Source: a virus | Virus record (IMG/VR): IMGVR_UViG_3300025652_000032 | Location: 1 to 64,000 of that record | Strand: one strand, 5' to 3' | DNA length: 64,000 bases | Part shown: piece by piece, positions 7,708-15,735 of the stretch | Layout: every line of letters begins with the position of its first letter | How positions within the stretch are numbered: position 1 is the first letter of the stretch | The notes under the pieces: model-generated | Seen by the model: the letters and a program-made list of their open reading frames with translations, nothing else | Databases searched by the model: none | Told to the model about the DNA's origin: nothing | Program-made: the position numbers and the translations under genes

Positions 7708-9264
7708 ATGAAAAGTTTAAACGACTTTAAAACTTCAATTATGGAAAGTGCCAAGGATACAATTGTGTATACCTTTGGTCGATTTCAACCACCGACATCG
7801 GGACATCAACTCCTGATTGACAAGGTTATCTCTGTAGCGAAAAAGCAAGGAGCAGAACACCGCATTTACCCAAGTGTATCAAATGACCCTAAGAAAAATC
7901 CTCTGTCCCACACGGACAAGGTAAAGTTCATGAAGCAGATGTTCAAGAAAGCGAACATCGTGAATGATAAAAAAATCATCACACCCTTTCATGCCGCCAA
8001 ACAACTCAGCGATCAGGGTTACAAGAACGTAATCCTGATCGTTGGGGGCGACAGGGTTGCTGATCTACGCAAACAAATCACACAGTATATCGATCATCCA
8101 GATCCCAAGAAGGCATTTTACTTCGACTCGTTCAAGGTAGTCAGTGCAGGAAAGCGTGATCCGGATTCGAGCGATATCAGTGGCATGTCAGCATCAAAGA
8201 TGCGAAAAGCAGTAGGAGATAAAGACTTCGATCTGTTCATGCAAGGGATGCCAGACTCGGTGTCCAAGACAACAGCAAAGAGACTATACAACGCGATCGC
8301 AAAGGGTATGAACCTCAAGGAAGATCGTGATTATGCAGACGAATACAAAAAGCATCATGCGAGTCCTGAGCAGCGTGCAAGACGCATCTCACGCACTGTA
8401 ACCCGGAAAAAAGCAGAACGAGAGGGTAGAGTCGCTAAAGGAGACGGAAAGGATATAGATCACAAGGATCACAATCCACACAACGATTCCCCATCCAATC
8501 TCCGCATCAAATCCAAGTCCTCGAACAGAAGTGACAACGGACACAAACCCGGCGAGAAACAGAAGCAACACGAAGAGACTGAGGTTGATGAACTCACAAT
8601 TCAACAGCGAAGGAATATCTCTAAAGCAGCAAAGAAAACTGCCAAACGAAGACTGAAGACTAGACTTCGCAAGAAGAAGCAGAAAAAAGGTTCTGTAGAA
8701 CTCAAGAAAAAGGCAGGCAAAGAAGCGATCAATGCTCTCAAGAAAAAGTTCTTGAAAGGTAAGCGTTACGCGGATCTCTCCCATTCCGAAAAGGAAAGAA
8801 TCGATGGTAAATTGAAAAAAGTTCCCAAGGCCCGACTAGATGCCATCAGAAAAAAGATGATGCAGGTTGCCAAAGATAAAGAGAGAGAAAGACTCAAGAC
8901 CGCCCGTGCTGGTACGAATGAAGAGAAACTTGAACCAAAGGATCGGGAGATGGGAACCAAATCATGCACCGATACCTATGCAGACGATACACCCGGACAG
9001 AAGAGGATCAAGTCCTTCAAGGAAGCATGTTGGGATACCCATGTGCAGAAGGGCATGAAGAAAAAGGGTAACAAGATGGTTCCCAACTGTGTACCCAAGA
9101 ACGAGGATCTTGATGAAGTGTCTCCTCCCGGATTCGAGGGAACCGTAAAGGCGATGAAGAAGCATAAAGAAGTAGACAACCCATATGCACTCGCGTGGTA
9201 TATGAAGAATAAGGGTTACAAGTCACACAAGAAGAAAGACGGATCAGACAAAGACAAAAAATAA
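7708..9264 (+). CDS. HIGH-superfamily (cytidylyltransferase-like) nucleotidyltransferase fused to HNH-like and basic head-protein modules
   Basis: TFGRFQPPTSGH, KNPLS, VGGDR, MSASKMR; then DIDHKDHNPHNDSPSNLR and VDE/FKE/LDE-delimited modules; GGAGGTG RBS. Confidence 0.8.
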   Translation: MKSLNDFKTSIMESAKDTIVYTFGRFQPPTSGHQLLIDKVISVAKKQGAEHRIYPSVSNDPKKNPLSHTDKVKFMKQMFKKANIVNDKKIITPFHAAKQLSDQGYKNVILIVGGDRVADLRKQITQYIDHPDPKKAFYFDSFKVVSAGKRDPDSSDISGMSASKMRKAVGDKDFDLFMQGMPDSVSKTTAKRLYNAIAKGMNLKEDRDYADEYKKHHASPEQRARRISRTVTRKKAEREGRVAKGDGKDIDHKDHNPHNDSPSNLRIKSKSSNRSDNGHKPGEKQKQHEETEVDELTIQQRRNISKAAKKTAKRRLKTRLRKKKQKKGSVELKKKAGKEAINALKKKFLKGKRYADLSHSEKERIDGKLKKVPKARLDAIRKKMMQVAKDKERERLKTARAGTNEEKLEPKDREMGTKSCTDTYADDTPGQKRIKSFKEACWDTHVQKGMKKKGNKMVPNCVPKNEDLDEVSPPGFEGTVKAMKKHKEVDNPYALAWYMKNKGYKSHKKKDGSDKDKK

Positions 9265-9268
9265 ATGG

Positions 9269-9276
9269 CATAAATA
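9269..9276 (+). promoter_or_regulatory. Late promoter
   Basis: CATAAATA upstream of AAGGA RBS and ATG 9309. Confidence 0.65.
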
Positions 9277-9308
9277 TATGTGACATTTAACCCAGAAAAG
9301 GAACCAAC

Positions 9309-9752
9309 ATGAAAAAGTTCAAAGAATTAAGAGAAGACATCCACGAAAGCACAGGTGGCGAAACCAGAGCAGGATTTGGCGTAGGTAAATCTGCCAGAGA
9401 CTCAATCGCAAACCTTAACGACATTACCTCTGAGGAATCACGAAGTGCAGTCAATGCGTTCATCGAATCATTCCTTAGTGGTCCATGTCTCAACCCCGGA
9501 CATAGACTAGCAGAACTTCGTGCTAGACTCAACACTGTAGGACTTTCGTTCGATATGGATCATAGAAATGTAGGACTCGGTGAACAGTCATACGGACTCA
9601 ACGCATACGGTGGTAGGTATGGGTTTGTTGATATGGACGGCGTAGTCAAGGAAGACGATGGCATCGAACCCAAGTTGGGTCGAAGTCTCTCCCTCAATGT
9701 GAATGTTACCTCCGATGGCGGAGAGTATAGAATGGAAGCAAAGATCGTATAA
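9309..9752 (+). CDS. Hypothetical protein of T4-like phages
   Basis: 147-aa ORF with RBS; MKKFKELREDIHE leader resembles a cleavable head-protein propeptide. Confidence 0.65.
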   Translation: MKKFKELREDIHESTGGETRAGFGVGKSARDSIANLNDITSEESRSAVNAFIESFLSGPCLNPGHRLAELRARLNTVGLSFDMDHRNVGLGEQSYGLNAYGGRYGFVDMDGVVKEDDGIEPKLGRSLSLNVNVTSDGGEYRMEAKIV

Positions 9753-9755
9753 AAT

Positions 9756-10133
9756 ATGAATTTTGATGAGTTGAATGATGCAAATTTCGTGATGTATGCG
9801 ATGAAGCATTATGAAAACCCACAGTTCACTGGTATTGAAGAGTTTCACGAAGACCTGAATAGAATAAAATATATCAAACGTCTTCTGAGAAAATACCACA
9901 AAACGAATGAACTACGGGAACGATTAATACTGAATCACTTAATAATAATGAACAACGTGTTTGATTGTGAACCGATGTGTCGTTTGTTATTTCATAAGAT
10001 CGATGAAGAATTGCAACCTCAACTCAAGACGTTTTTAGTTTACCTTAATTACTTACCAAGAAAAATCCCAAACATAGATCTAGAAGAGATCCCGTTGGAT
10101 CCTAGAATAGTAGAAAAATTGAGAGGCCTCTAA
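9756..10133 (+). CDS. Conserved hypothetical protein of T4-like phages
   Basis: ELN..NF..YAMKHY.NP....EEF.EDL.RIKYIKRL...RERLILNH pattern recognised from T4-like genomes. Confidence 0.75.
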   Translation: MNFDELNDANFVMYAMKHYENPQFTGIEEFHEDLNRIKYIKRLLRKYHKTNELRERLILNHLIIMNNVFDCEPMCRLLFHKIDEELQPQLKTFLVYLNYLPRKIPNIDLEEIPLDPRIVEKLRGL

Positions 10134-10822
10134 TGGGCGCAGTAGACGCATTCATCGCATACAAGTTTATCAAGATCTTAAGCACACCTTTTGATCAGAC
10201 TGATGCATATAAACTTGGAATCATCAATGCCGATGGTAAAGTTCTCAAGAAGAGAAAAGATCTTCAGGGAACCAATGAGAAAAAGGCGTATACAATTTTC
10301 CACCAAATTGGTTGGAACCTCAAGAGAATCCTAAACAAGATTCCCGGAACCAAGAGTAGATTTGGTTCCTTTGCTGCTGCTTTGTTTTTGCTGAAAGAAG
10401 AGGCAGAAGGTAAGTATACCGATTGGAATCTTGTAGAACAATATATCCTAGAGTATGCACAAGAAGAAGGTCTGCTGTTAACTGAAGACGTACCAGCAAA
10501 CAACGCTGGTTCTGGACAGGTTGCAGGACTCGGTGACGAACCTCCTGTGAAGAAGGGTATGACTGGGGACGTTCAGAGAAGAAACCAAGTCAAGGAAGGT
10601 TATGAATCCTTCGCTGGTGCGAGAGTGTTTGATGTTACCGAAGACGAGTACATGAAATGCAACTATGGAAGAACTAAACACGAAAGATGGAATCGCAAAC
10701 TCAAGATGGAAGATGTGGGTCGAGAAGACATCAAAAAGTTCGCCCATCGAAACCCTTCCAAGTCAGTAATTGTTAGAAACGAGAAAACTGGGGAGATGCA
10801 GTATCTACTCCGCAGGAGGTGA
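10133..10822 (+). CDS. Conserved hypothetical protein of T4-like phages (probably virion)
   Basis: AYKFIKILSTPF..TDAYKLGII..DG N-terminal block; E-delimited C-terminal modules. Confidence 0.7.
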   Translation: MGAVDAFIAYKFIKILSTPFDQTDAYKLGIINADGKVLKKRKDLQGTNEKKAYTIFHQIGWNLKRILNKIPGTKSRFGSFAAALFLLKEEAEGKYTDWNLVEQYILEYAQEEGLLLTEDVPANNAGSGQVAGLGDEPPVKKGMTGDVQRRNQVKEGYESFAGARVFDVTEDEYMKCNYGRTKHERWNRKLKMEDVGREDIKKFAHRNPSKSVIVRNEKTGEMQYLLRRR

Positions 10823-10824
10823 AA

Positions 10825-11679
10825 ATGAAAAGGTTACTCTTATTGTCATGTCTTTTAATCGGATGTGAAACTACACCAGAACCATCAGCGTCGAGTACGA
10901 TCACTCACGCGATAGAAGTTCAGGAAGAAACAACAGAACAAATAAACGAATCCTCTACTATAATTGAGGAGAGTAGTGATACCATTCGTAGAGATGCGGA
11001 TGGTATCCTTGATATCACGGCGTTTGGAGAACGAACACCGGAGATCGAACGCATCGAAGACAGGGCGCACAACATAATCGATGAAACTAACGTCATCGAA
11101 AATGAAACAATAAAGACAAAAGAGGCATTAGAAGACCTAAATCGTGCAAATGAATTAATTCGACAAAGTGGCGCCAAAGTGGCACAACTGGAAAAAGAAG
11201 TTGCAGAGTTAAACAAAGAAGATGCCGCTTTACGACGCGAGGCGATCGAGAACTTTTATGGTACGATTACCCTGTTCTATGTGATAGGGTTCGCCGGACT
11301 CATTCTTGGTATCTTCATGGTTTCATACAGCAAGAAACTCGGCGGTACGCTTATCCTTGCAGGACTTCTGATTCTTGGTTTTGCTACTGCTTCCGTGTAT
11401 TACCTAGAAGAGATTGCAGCAGTAGGATTCTGGATCACCATAGCAGGAATCATAACTGCTGTTGGTACTCTGATCTATCTTATCCTTCGAGCAAAGACGG
11501 AAAGAAAGACAAACGATCAAGTGGTGGAGTTAGTCGAGGTAATCAAAGAAAAGATGCCACAGGACGTTCGAAACGAAATGTTCTCAAAAGGTGGTGTGGC
11601 ATACACAATCACCGATGCGTCCACCAAGAAAATAATAAACGAAGTTAAAGTTCGGAATGGATTTAAGCATACCCGTTGA
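10825..11679 (+). CDS. Lipoprotein with long coiled coil and C-terminal transmembrane helices (u-spanin-like topology)
   Basis: Lipobox LLIGC, heptad-rich middle, three hydrophobic segments; GGAGG RBS. Confidence 0.6.
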   Translation: MKRLLLLSCLLIGCETTPEPSASSTITHAIEVQEETTEQINESSTIIEESSDTIRRDADGILDITAFGERTPEIERIEDRAHNIIDETNVIENETIKTKEALEDLNRANELIRQSGAKVAQLEKEVAELNKEDAALRREAIENFYGTITLFYVIGFAGLILGIFMVSYSKKLGGTLILAGLLILGFATASVYYLEEIAAVGFWITIAGIITAVGTLIYLILRAKTERKTNDQVVELVEVIKEKMPQDVRNEMFSKGGVAYTITDASTKKIINEVKVRNGFKHTR

Positions 11680-12244
11680 TCTTTCCGTGTAGCATCTTAC
11701 AGATGTAATAGGCGTCCACGATATCCGATACCGGGTTCTGGACGCCTGTTTTCTTAGGTGTCATGATCTTACACAGATCCTTTCCCGTCTCTTTTACGAA
11801 CGCATCGAACATGAGATCCTTGGATGCATTACCTTTATCAGTTGCGAACTTCTTTACTTCAGTTGGTGCTACAACCTCAAGTGGCGTGGCAGACTGGAAT
11901 AACTTGTACTTCAGAACTCCCACGTTCTCTGCTAACTGGAATACTCTACCAGTTGCATTGAAGGCATATCCTTCGAGTGCTACTTGATCACATCCCACGA
12001 TACAGTCAATTGCCCAGTCTGATATGCTATCGTAACGTCCGGAGTCTGGACATAAGTTGACGGGTGATCCAATTGACTTGAATCGCTCACCCTTTATGTT
12101 CTTGAGAAATGATTTTGCATATTTCTCGGTGTCTGTGAGATAGAAGAACAAACAATGCTCAAACTTGAACTTAGCAGATGATGGTTTGGAAAAAACGCAT
12201 ACTGCTGGTGATGTTAAACTGTAATCGATTCCTGCAATGGCCAT
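11663..12244 (-). CDS. RuvC-like (RNase H fold) nuclease, putative Holliday junction resolvase
   Basis: AGIDYS, VALEGY, DIVDA match the RuvC D/E/D/D catalytic layout. Confidence 0.7.
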   Translation of the reverse strand: MAIAGIDYSLTSPAVCVFSKPSSAKFKFEHCLFFYLTDTEKYAKSFLKNIKGERFKSIGSPVNLCPDSGRYDSISDWAIDCIVGCDQVALEGYAFNATGRVFQLAENVGVLKYKLFQSATPLEVVAPTEVKKFATDKGNASKDLMFDAFVKETGKDLCKIMTPKKTGVQNPVSDIVDAYYICKMLHGKINGYA

Positions 12245-12281
12245 AAAAAACCTCCCGTATAAAGAGTATTTATACGAGAGG
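12245..12281 (-). promoter_or_regulatory. 13-bp hairpin plus U6 (terminator/RBS-sequestering) containing late promoter TATAAATA
   Basis: Minus-strand CCUCUCGUAUAAA-UACUC-UUUAUACGGGAGG-UUUUUU-AUG; TATAAATA at 12274-12267. Confidence 0.8.
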
Positions 12282-12312
12282 TCTTAGGTTGTGTACAGGT
12301 TACTTCGTTAAA

Positions 12313-13338
12313 TCAGAAACTAATAGTGATACCACTACGGAGAACGAACTGTCCCGAATCGGAACCAGATCGCCATCCAGTGTTTTCTGTGTCGAAGTTA
12401 CTACCGATACCCTCAAGAGCATACCCGGCCGTGTTGGTCCAGACAAGTCCGTGAGCGAGATCGTAGTTACCACCTACGGTGAGAATGTTGAGACTACCAT
12501 CGTAGTCACCAATTTCCCACTGTGCAAATCCTTCGAACTTATCGAAGCACTTATATGCAGCAGTAGTGACTACTGACCAGTTGTCGAGACTACCAGCACC
12601 TGCATCATTAGCAATCCAGTCTGCATCGAGAGTAAGAAGACCCTCGGTGAGTGTACCACCAAAGGTGAAACTGTTCACACCTTCCGTGACAGAATCATAT
12701 GCCCAACCACCGTTGAGTGACACGGAGTCATTCACACGATAATTCGCTGCGACACCGATGGCATACTTGTTGTCTCCAACTCCTACACCAGCAGTATCGA
12801 AACCATTGTTGTAGAAGGCGCTGACTTCGAAGTCACCGAATGATCGGAAGGCCTCAACACCTGCTCCGCGTCCCTGTCCGAAGGTAAGTGCCGTGACACT
12901 ATAGTTCAGGGTTGTGAGTTGAGTTGGATCAGTGACGTATCCAGCATAGAACTGGGGAACGAACTGTCCGACTCGAATGTTTGCTTCTTCGAACATACGA
13001 AGAGTAACGACTGCATCAAGCAGATCGAAACTGTTGGTAGCGTCCGACCATTCACCACTGACGAGGTAAGAGAAACTCTCGTTGCTCGTATCTCCTGAGA
13101 AGGTTAGACGGGCGCGGTCAACCGAAAAACCATTTTGGGCGGGAAGTCCGCCACCGTTGGAATACTCCCAACCAGTTTGAATGAAACCACCGACGTTGAT
13201 GCCGAGATGATTGTCATTGAGTGATGCTCTTGTTGAGGCATCAGCGAGGACAAGACTGAATGCGTCGTTGTCCATATCCTGTCCTACAGCAACTCCGCTG
13301 AAAAGACATGATGTAATAATAGCATTGATCATTTTCAT
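12313..13338 (-). CDS. Outer-membrane beta-barrel porin (OprO/OprP-like)
   Basis: Signal peptide, F.VDRARLTFSG, IRVGQF, alternating beta strands, C-terminal Phe (ITISF). Confidence 0.75.
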   Translation of the reverse strand: MKMINAIITSCLFSGVAVGQDMDNDAFSLVLADASTRASLNDNHLGINVGGFIQTGWEYSNGGGLPAQNGFSVDRARLTFSGDTSNESFSYLVSGEWSDATNSFDLLDAVVTLRMFEEANIRVGQFVPQFYAGYVTDPTQLTTLNYSVTALTFGQGRGAGVEAFRSFGDFEVSAFYNNGFDTAGVGVGDNKYAIGVAANYRVNDSVSLNGGWAYDSVTEGVNSFTFGGTLTEGLLTLDADWIANDAGAGSLDNWSVVTTAAYKCFDKFEGFAQWEIGDYDGSLNILTVGGNYDLAHGLVWTNTAGYALEGIGSNFDTENTGWRSGSDSGQFVLRSGITISF

Positions 13339-13362
13339 AATTTTTCTCCTTTATGTTTTAGA

Positions 13363-15309
13363 TCAGTTTGTTAAATCTACGATTTCACAAGAGTTGCCTG
13401 TACATGCAAATGTTTGTGTTCCAGCGGTCTGATCTTCCTTCTCGTACTCTCCGAGGCCAGACCAATCGATGTTTTCTGGAAGCGTCTTCAATAGTTCATT
13501 GTACTCTTCCTTGGTACAATCCTGATATGGTGCTTGTCTGTATGTGTGATCTGAGAATGGAAGGAATGAAACTCCTGACATCTCGTTGAAGTGATCGTAT
13601 ACCCATGCACCAACTTCCATCCATTCGTCTTCCTTAACGGAAACCGTGATAGAAGGTTTGTGTTCACACCAATGTCTCTGGTATGTCAACCAAAGTTCAA
13701 GTTGTTCGATGGCAGTCAGATCCGTTCTACAAATCGCCTTATCAGGTGACTTCTGTGGGAACGAGAAAACCATCGTGTGTTCTGGTTTCATTACATCTGG
13801 TTCACATGGGAAACCCTTTTCCTTCATGAACACACACAGAGGATCCTTGATATCCGCACGGACAGTGCGAACGTAATAAGGATTGTGTCGAGCATGAATA
13901 CCAGATGCAGCATCAACCAACTGTGAAACTGTTCCACTTGGTTTCACGCAAGTGATAGCAGCAGATTGGTTGATGTGTAGTTTCTTTGCCCATGTCTTGT
14001 TGACATCAACAGAATGGGACTTGAGATCTTCTAGGGTTCCTGCAAGTTTACCGTTGGTAGAACCATTGAGTAATGCGTTGTCCATGATACCCGTGAGAGA
14101 AACACCAAGAAGTCTTTCTTCTTCGCAGTTCTTCGTCCACTCACTAGACAGGTACTTAAAGTTCAGAAGGGTAGACTGCCATGTTCCGAGGATCGTTGCA
14201 AGACGAACCTTTTCCTTGAGAGTCTTTATTGTGTCATCAGCACGAACGACAACTTCTGTTAGATTACAGAACTCACGATCACGCAAGATGATTTCGCTGC
14301 ATGGGTTGGTTCCGAAGTTGTAGTTTGGATCTCGGCGTTCGTCAACAATCTTCTTTACCTGATCCTGACACGCAGCACGACTAAACATACCTCTCTCGCC
14401 ACTCTTTGACTTATAGAGAGACAACCACTCTTCCATGAACGTACCAATTTCGGGTGTACTCTTATATGCAACGGAGTTGTTTGCAAGGGCCCGTTGTGCG
14501 TTGTGTTCCCACCACTGTCCAGTCTTTGCATCTCTCATTCGTTCATCAGTAAGTGAAGACAATGAGATAAGAGCAGATCGACGGACACCACCGACTACAA
14601 CAATTTCAGCAATCTTGCAGATGATATCGTGGCACTCGACGGTAGTGAGTTTTCTGCCTGCGGCCTTACGGTAAGTCTCTACCGTGAATTGGAAAAGATC
14701 CTCAAGAGGTTGCGGTCCAGATGCTCTGCCGCCGAATGTCTTGAGTCTTGCTCCAGCAGGACGAACTTTACTTGTGTCCCATTGTGGTACTTGACCACCA
14801 ATGAGTAGCGAGGTGAGTTCTTTATAAGACTTTGCCCATCCCATCTTGGAATCACCGACGACAATGACTGTATCACTCGCATCAAATTCCTCTGCAATCG
14901 TTGGAAGTCTGTCTACGACATCACGTTCTACGCTAAAACCCATTCCTGTCCCGCACATGAGAACGTAGAGGATCTCATCGAAGGAACGAGGACGACTCGC
15001 TTCGCAGTATGCACAGTTGTACCCTGCAATATTGTCGCGTCTCAGTGCCTCACCGGCAGTCATCAACGCTCTCATGGAAGGCATGATCTTGAGTTCACGA
15101 ACTGCTTTTTCGAGTTCGTTCCTCTGATCTTTCGTTACCTTGAAATTACATTCTTCCTTGAGATGAGTCTCAAAGAAATCAAAATATCTGGCAACTGTTT
15201 CGGGCCAGGTCTCTCTGCGTCCTTCTTCTTCCAACCAACGGGAATACCGTGATAGGTGAATAAAAGACTGGTATAGCGTGGGTAATTCATCACACATAAT
15301 AAGTGTCAC
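13363..15309 (-). CDS. nrdJ: Class II (adenosylcobalamin-dependent) ribonucleoside-triphosphate reductase; start may be 15297
   Basis: MPSMRAL, GGVRRSA, TNPCSEI, FCNLTEV, TCVKPSGT, C-terminal CTGNSCE. Confidence 0.9.
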   Translation of the reverse strand: MTLIMCDELPTLYQSFIHLSRYSRWLEEEGRRETWPETVARYFDFFETHLKEECNFKVTKDQRNELEKAVRELKIMPSMRALMTAGEALRRDNIAGYNCAYCEASRPRSFDEILYVLMCGTGMGFSVERDVVDRLPTIAEEFDASDTVIVVGDSKMGWAKSYKELTSLLIGGQVPQWDTSKVRPAGARLKTFGGRASGPQPLEDLFQFTVETYRKAAGRKLTTVECHDIICKIAEIVVVGGVRRSALISLSSLTDERMRDAKTGQWWEHNAQRALANNSVAYKSTPEIGTFMEEWLSLYKSKSGERGMFSRAACQDQVKKIVDERRDPNYNFGTNPCSEIILRDREFCNLTEVVVRADDTIKTLKEKVRLATILGTWQSTLLNFKYLSSEWTKNCEEERLLGVSLTGIMDNALLNGSTNGKLAGTLEDLKSHSVDVNKTWAKKLHINQSAAITCVKPSGTVSQLVDAASGIHARHNPYYVRTVRADIKDPLCVFMKEKGFPCEPDVMKPEHTMVFSFPQKSPDKAICRTDLTAIEQLELWLTYQRHWCEHKPSITVSVKEDEWMEVGAWVYDHFNEMSGVSFLPFSDHTYRQAPYQDCTKEEYNELLKTLPENIDWSGLGEYEKEDQTAGTQTFACTGNSCEIVDLTN

Positions 15310-15341
15310 TCCTCTGAATTTTGTATATCAATAAGTTATGT

Positions 15342-15369
15342 ATTATAGCAGAACGAATACTGGTGTCAA
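15342..15369 (-). promoter_or_regulatory. sigma70-type promoter for nrdJ and porin
   Basis: TTGACA-16 nt-TATAAT with TG extended -10. Confidence 0.75.
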
Positions 15370-15692
15370 GCAGTATTTACTTCAGGTGCGTACATTAATG
15401 GACGGACACATGGTTTCGCTATAACTCCTGCGGCCGCTAAATCAATATCTCCGAGGAGTGCCGCAAAGACGGTAGCGACAGCATTGATATCTGCTCCTGT
15501 AAGACGACTAATACCTTCGGCATCTCTGCCGTCTTCTACTGCTTCATTCGCATCATTTGGGAAGTCAGAAGAGATTTGTGCCCACTTCACTGCGAAGTCA
15601 TCGCCTCTTGCCTTCATGTATCTAATATTTTCACACATCGGACGGATGTATTGGTTCACGAACTTAATTGCTTCTGGATCTGTAATGGCCAT
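15366..15692 (-). CDS. Hypothetical protein (fibre cassette)
   Basis: 108-aa ORF, AGGAG RBS, CATATATAG late-like motif upstream. Confidence 0.7.
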   Translation of the reverse strand: MAITDPEAIKFVNQYIRPMCENIRYMKARGDDFAVKWAQISSDFPNDANEAVEDGRDAEGISRLTGADINAVATVFAALLGDIDLAAAGVIAKPCVRPLMYAPEVNTA

Positions 15693-15735
15693 TGTATTTG
15701 CTCCTAATTATTTTTTGGTTATCATCTATATATGA

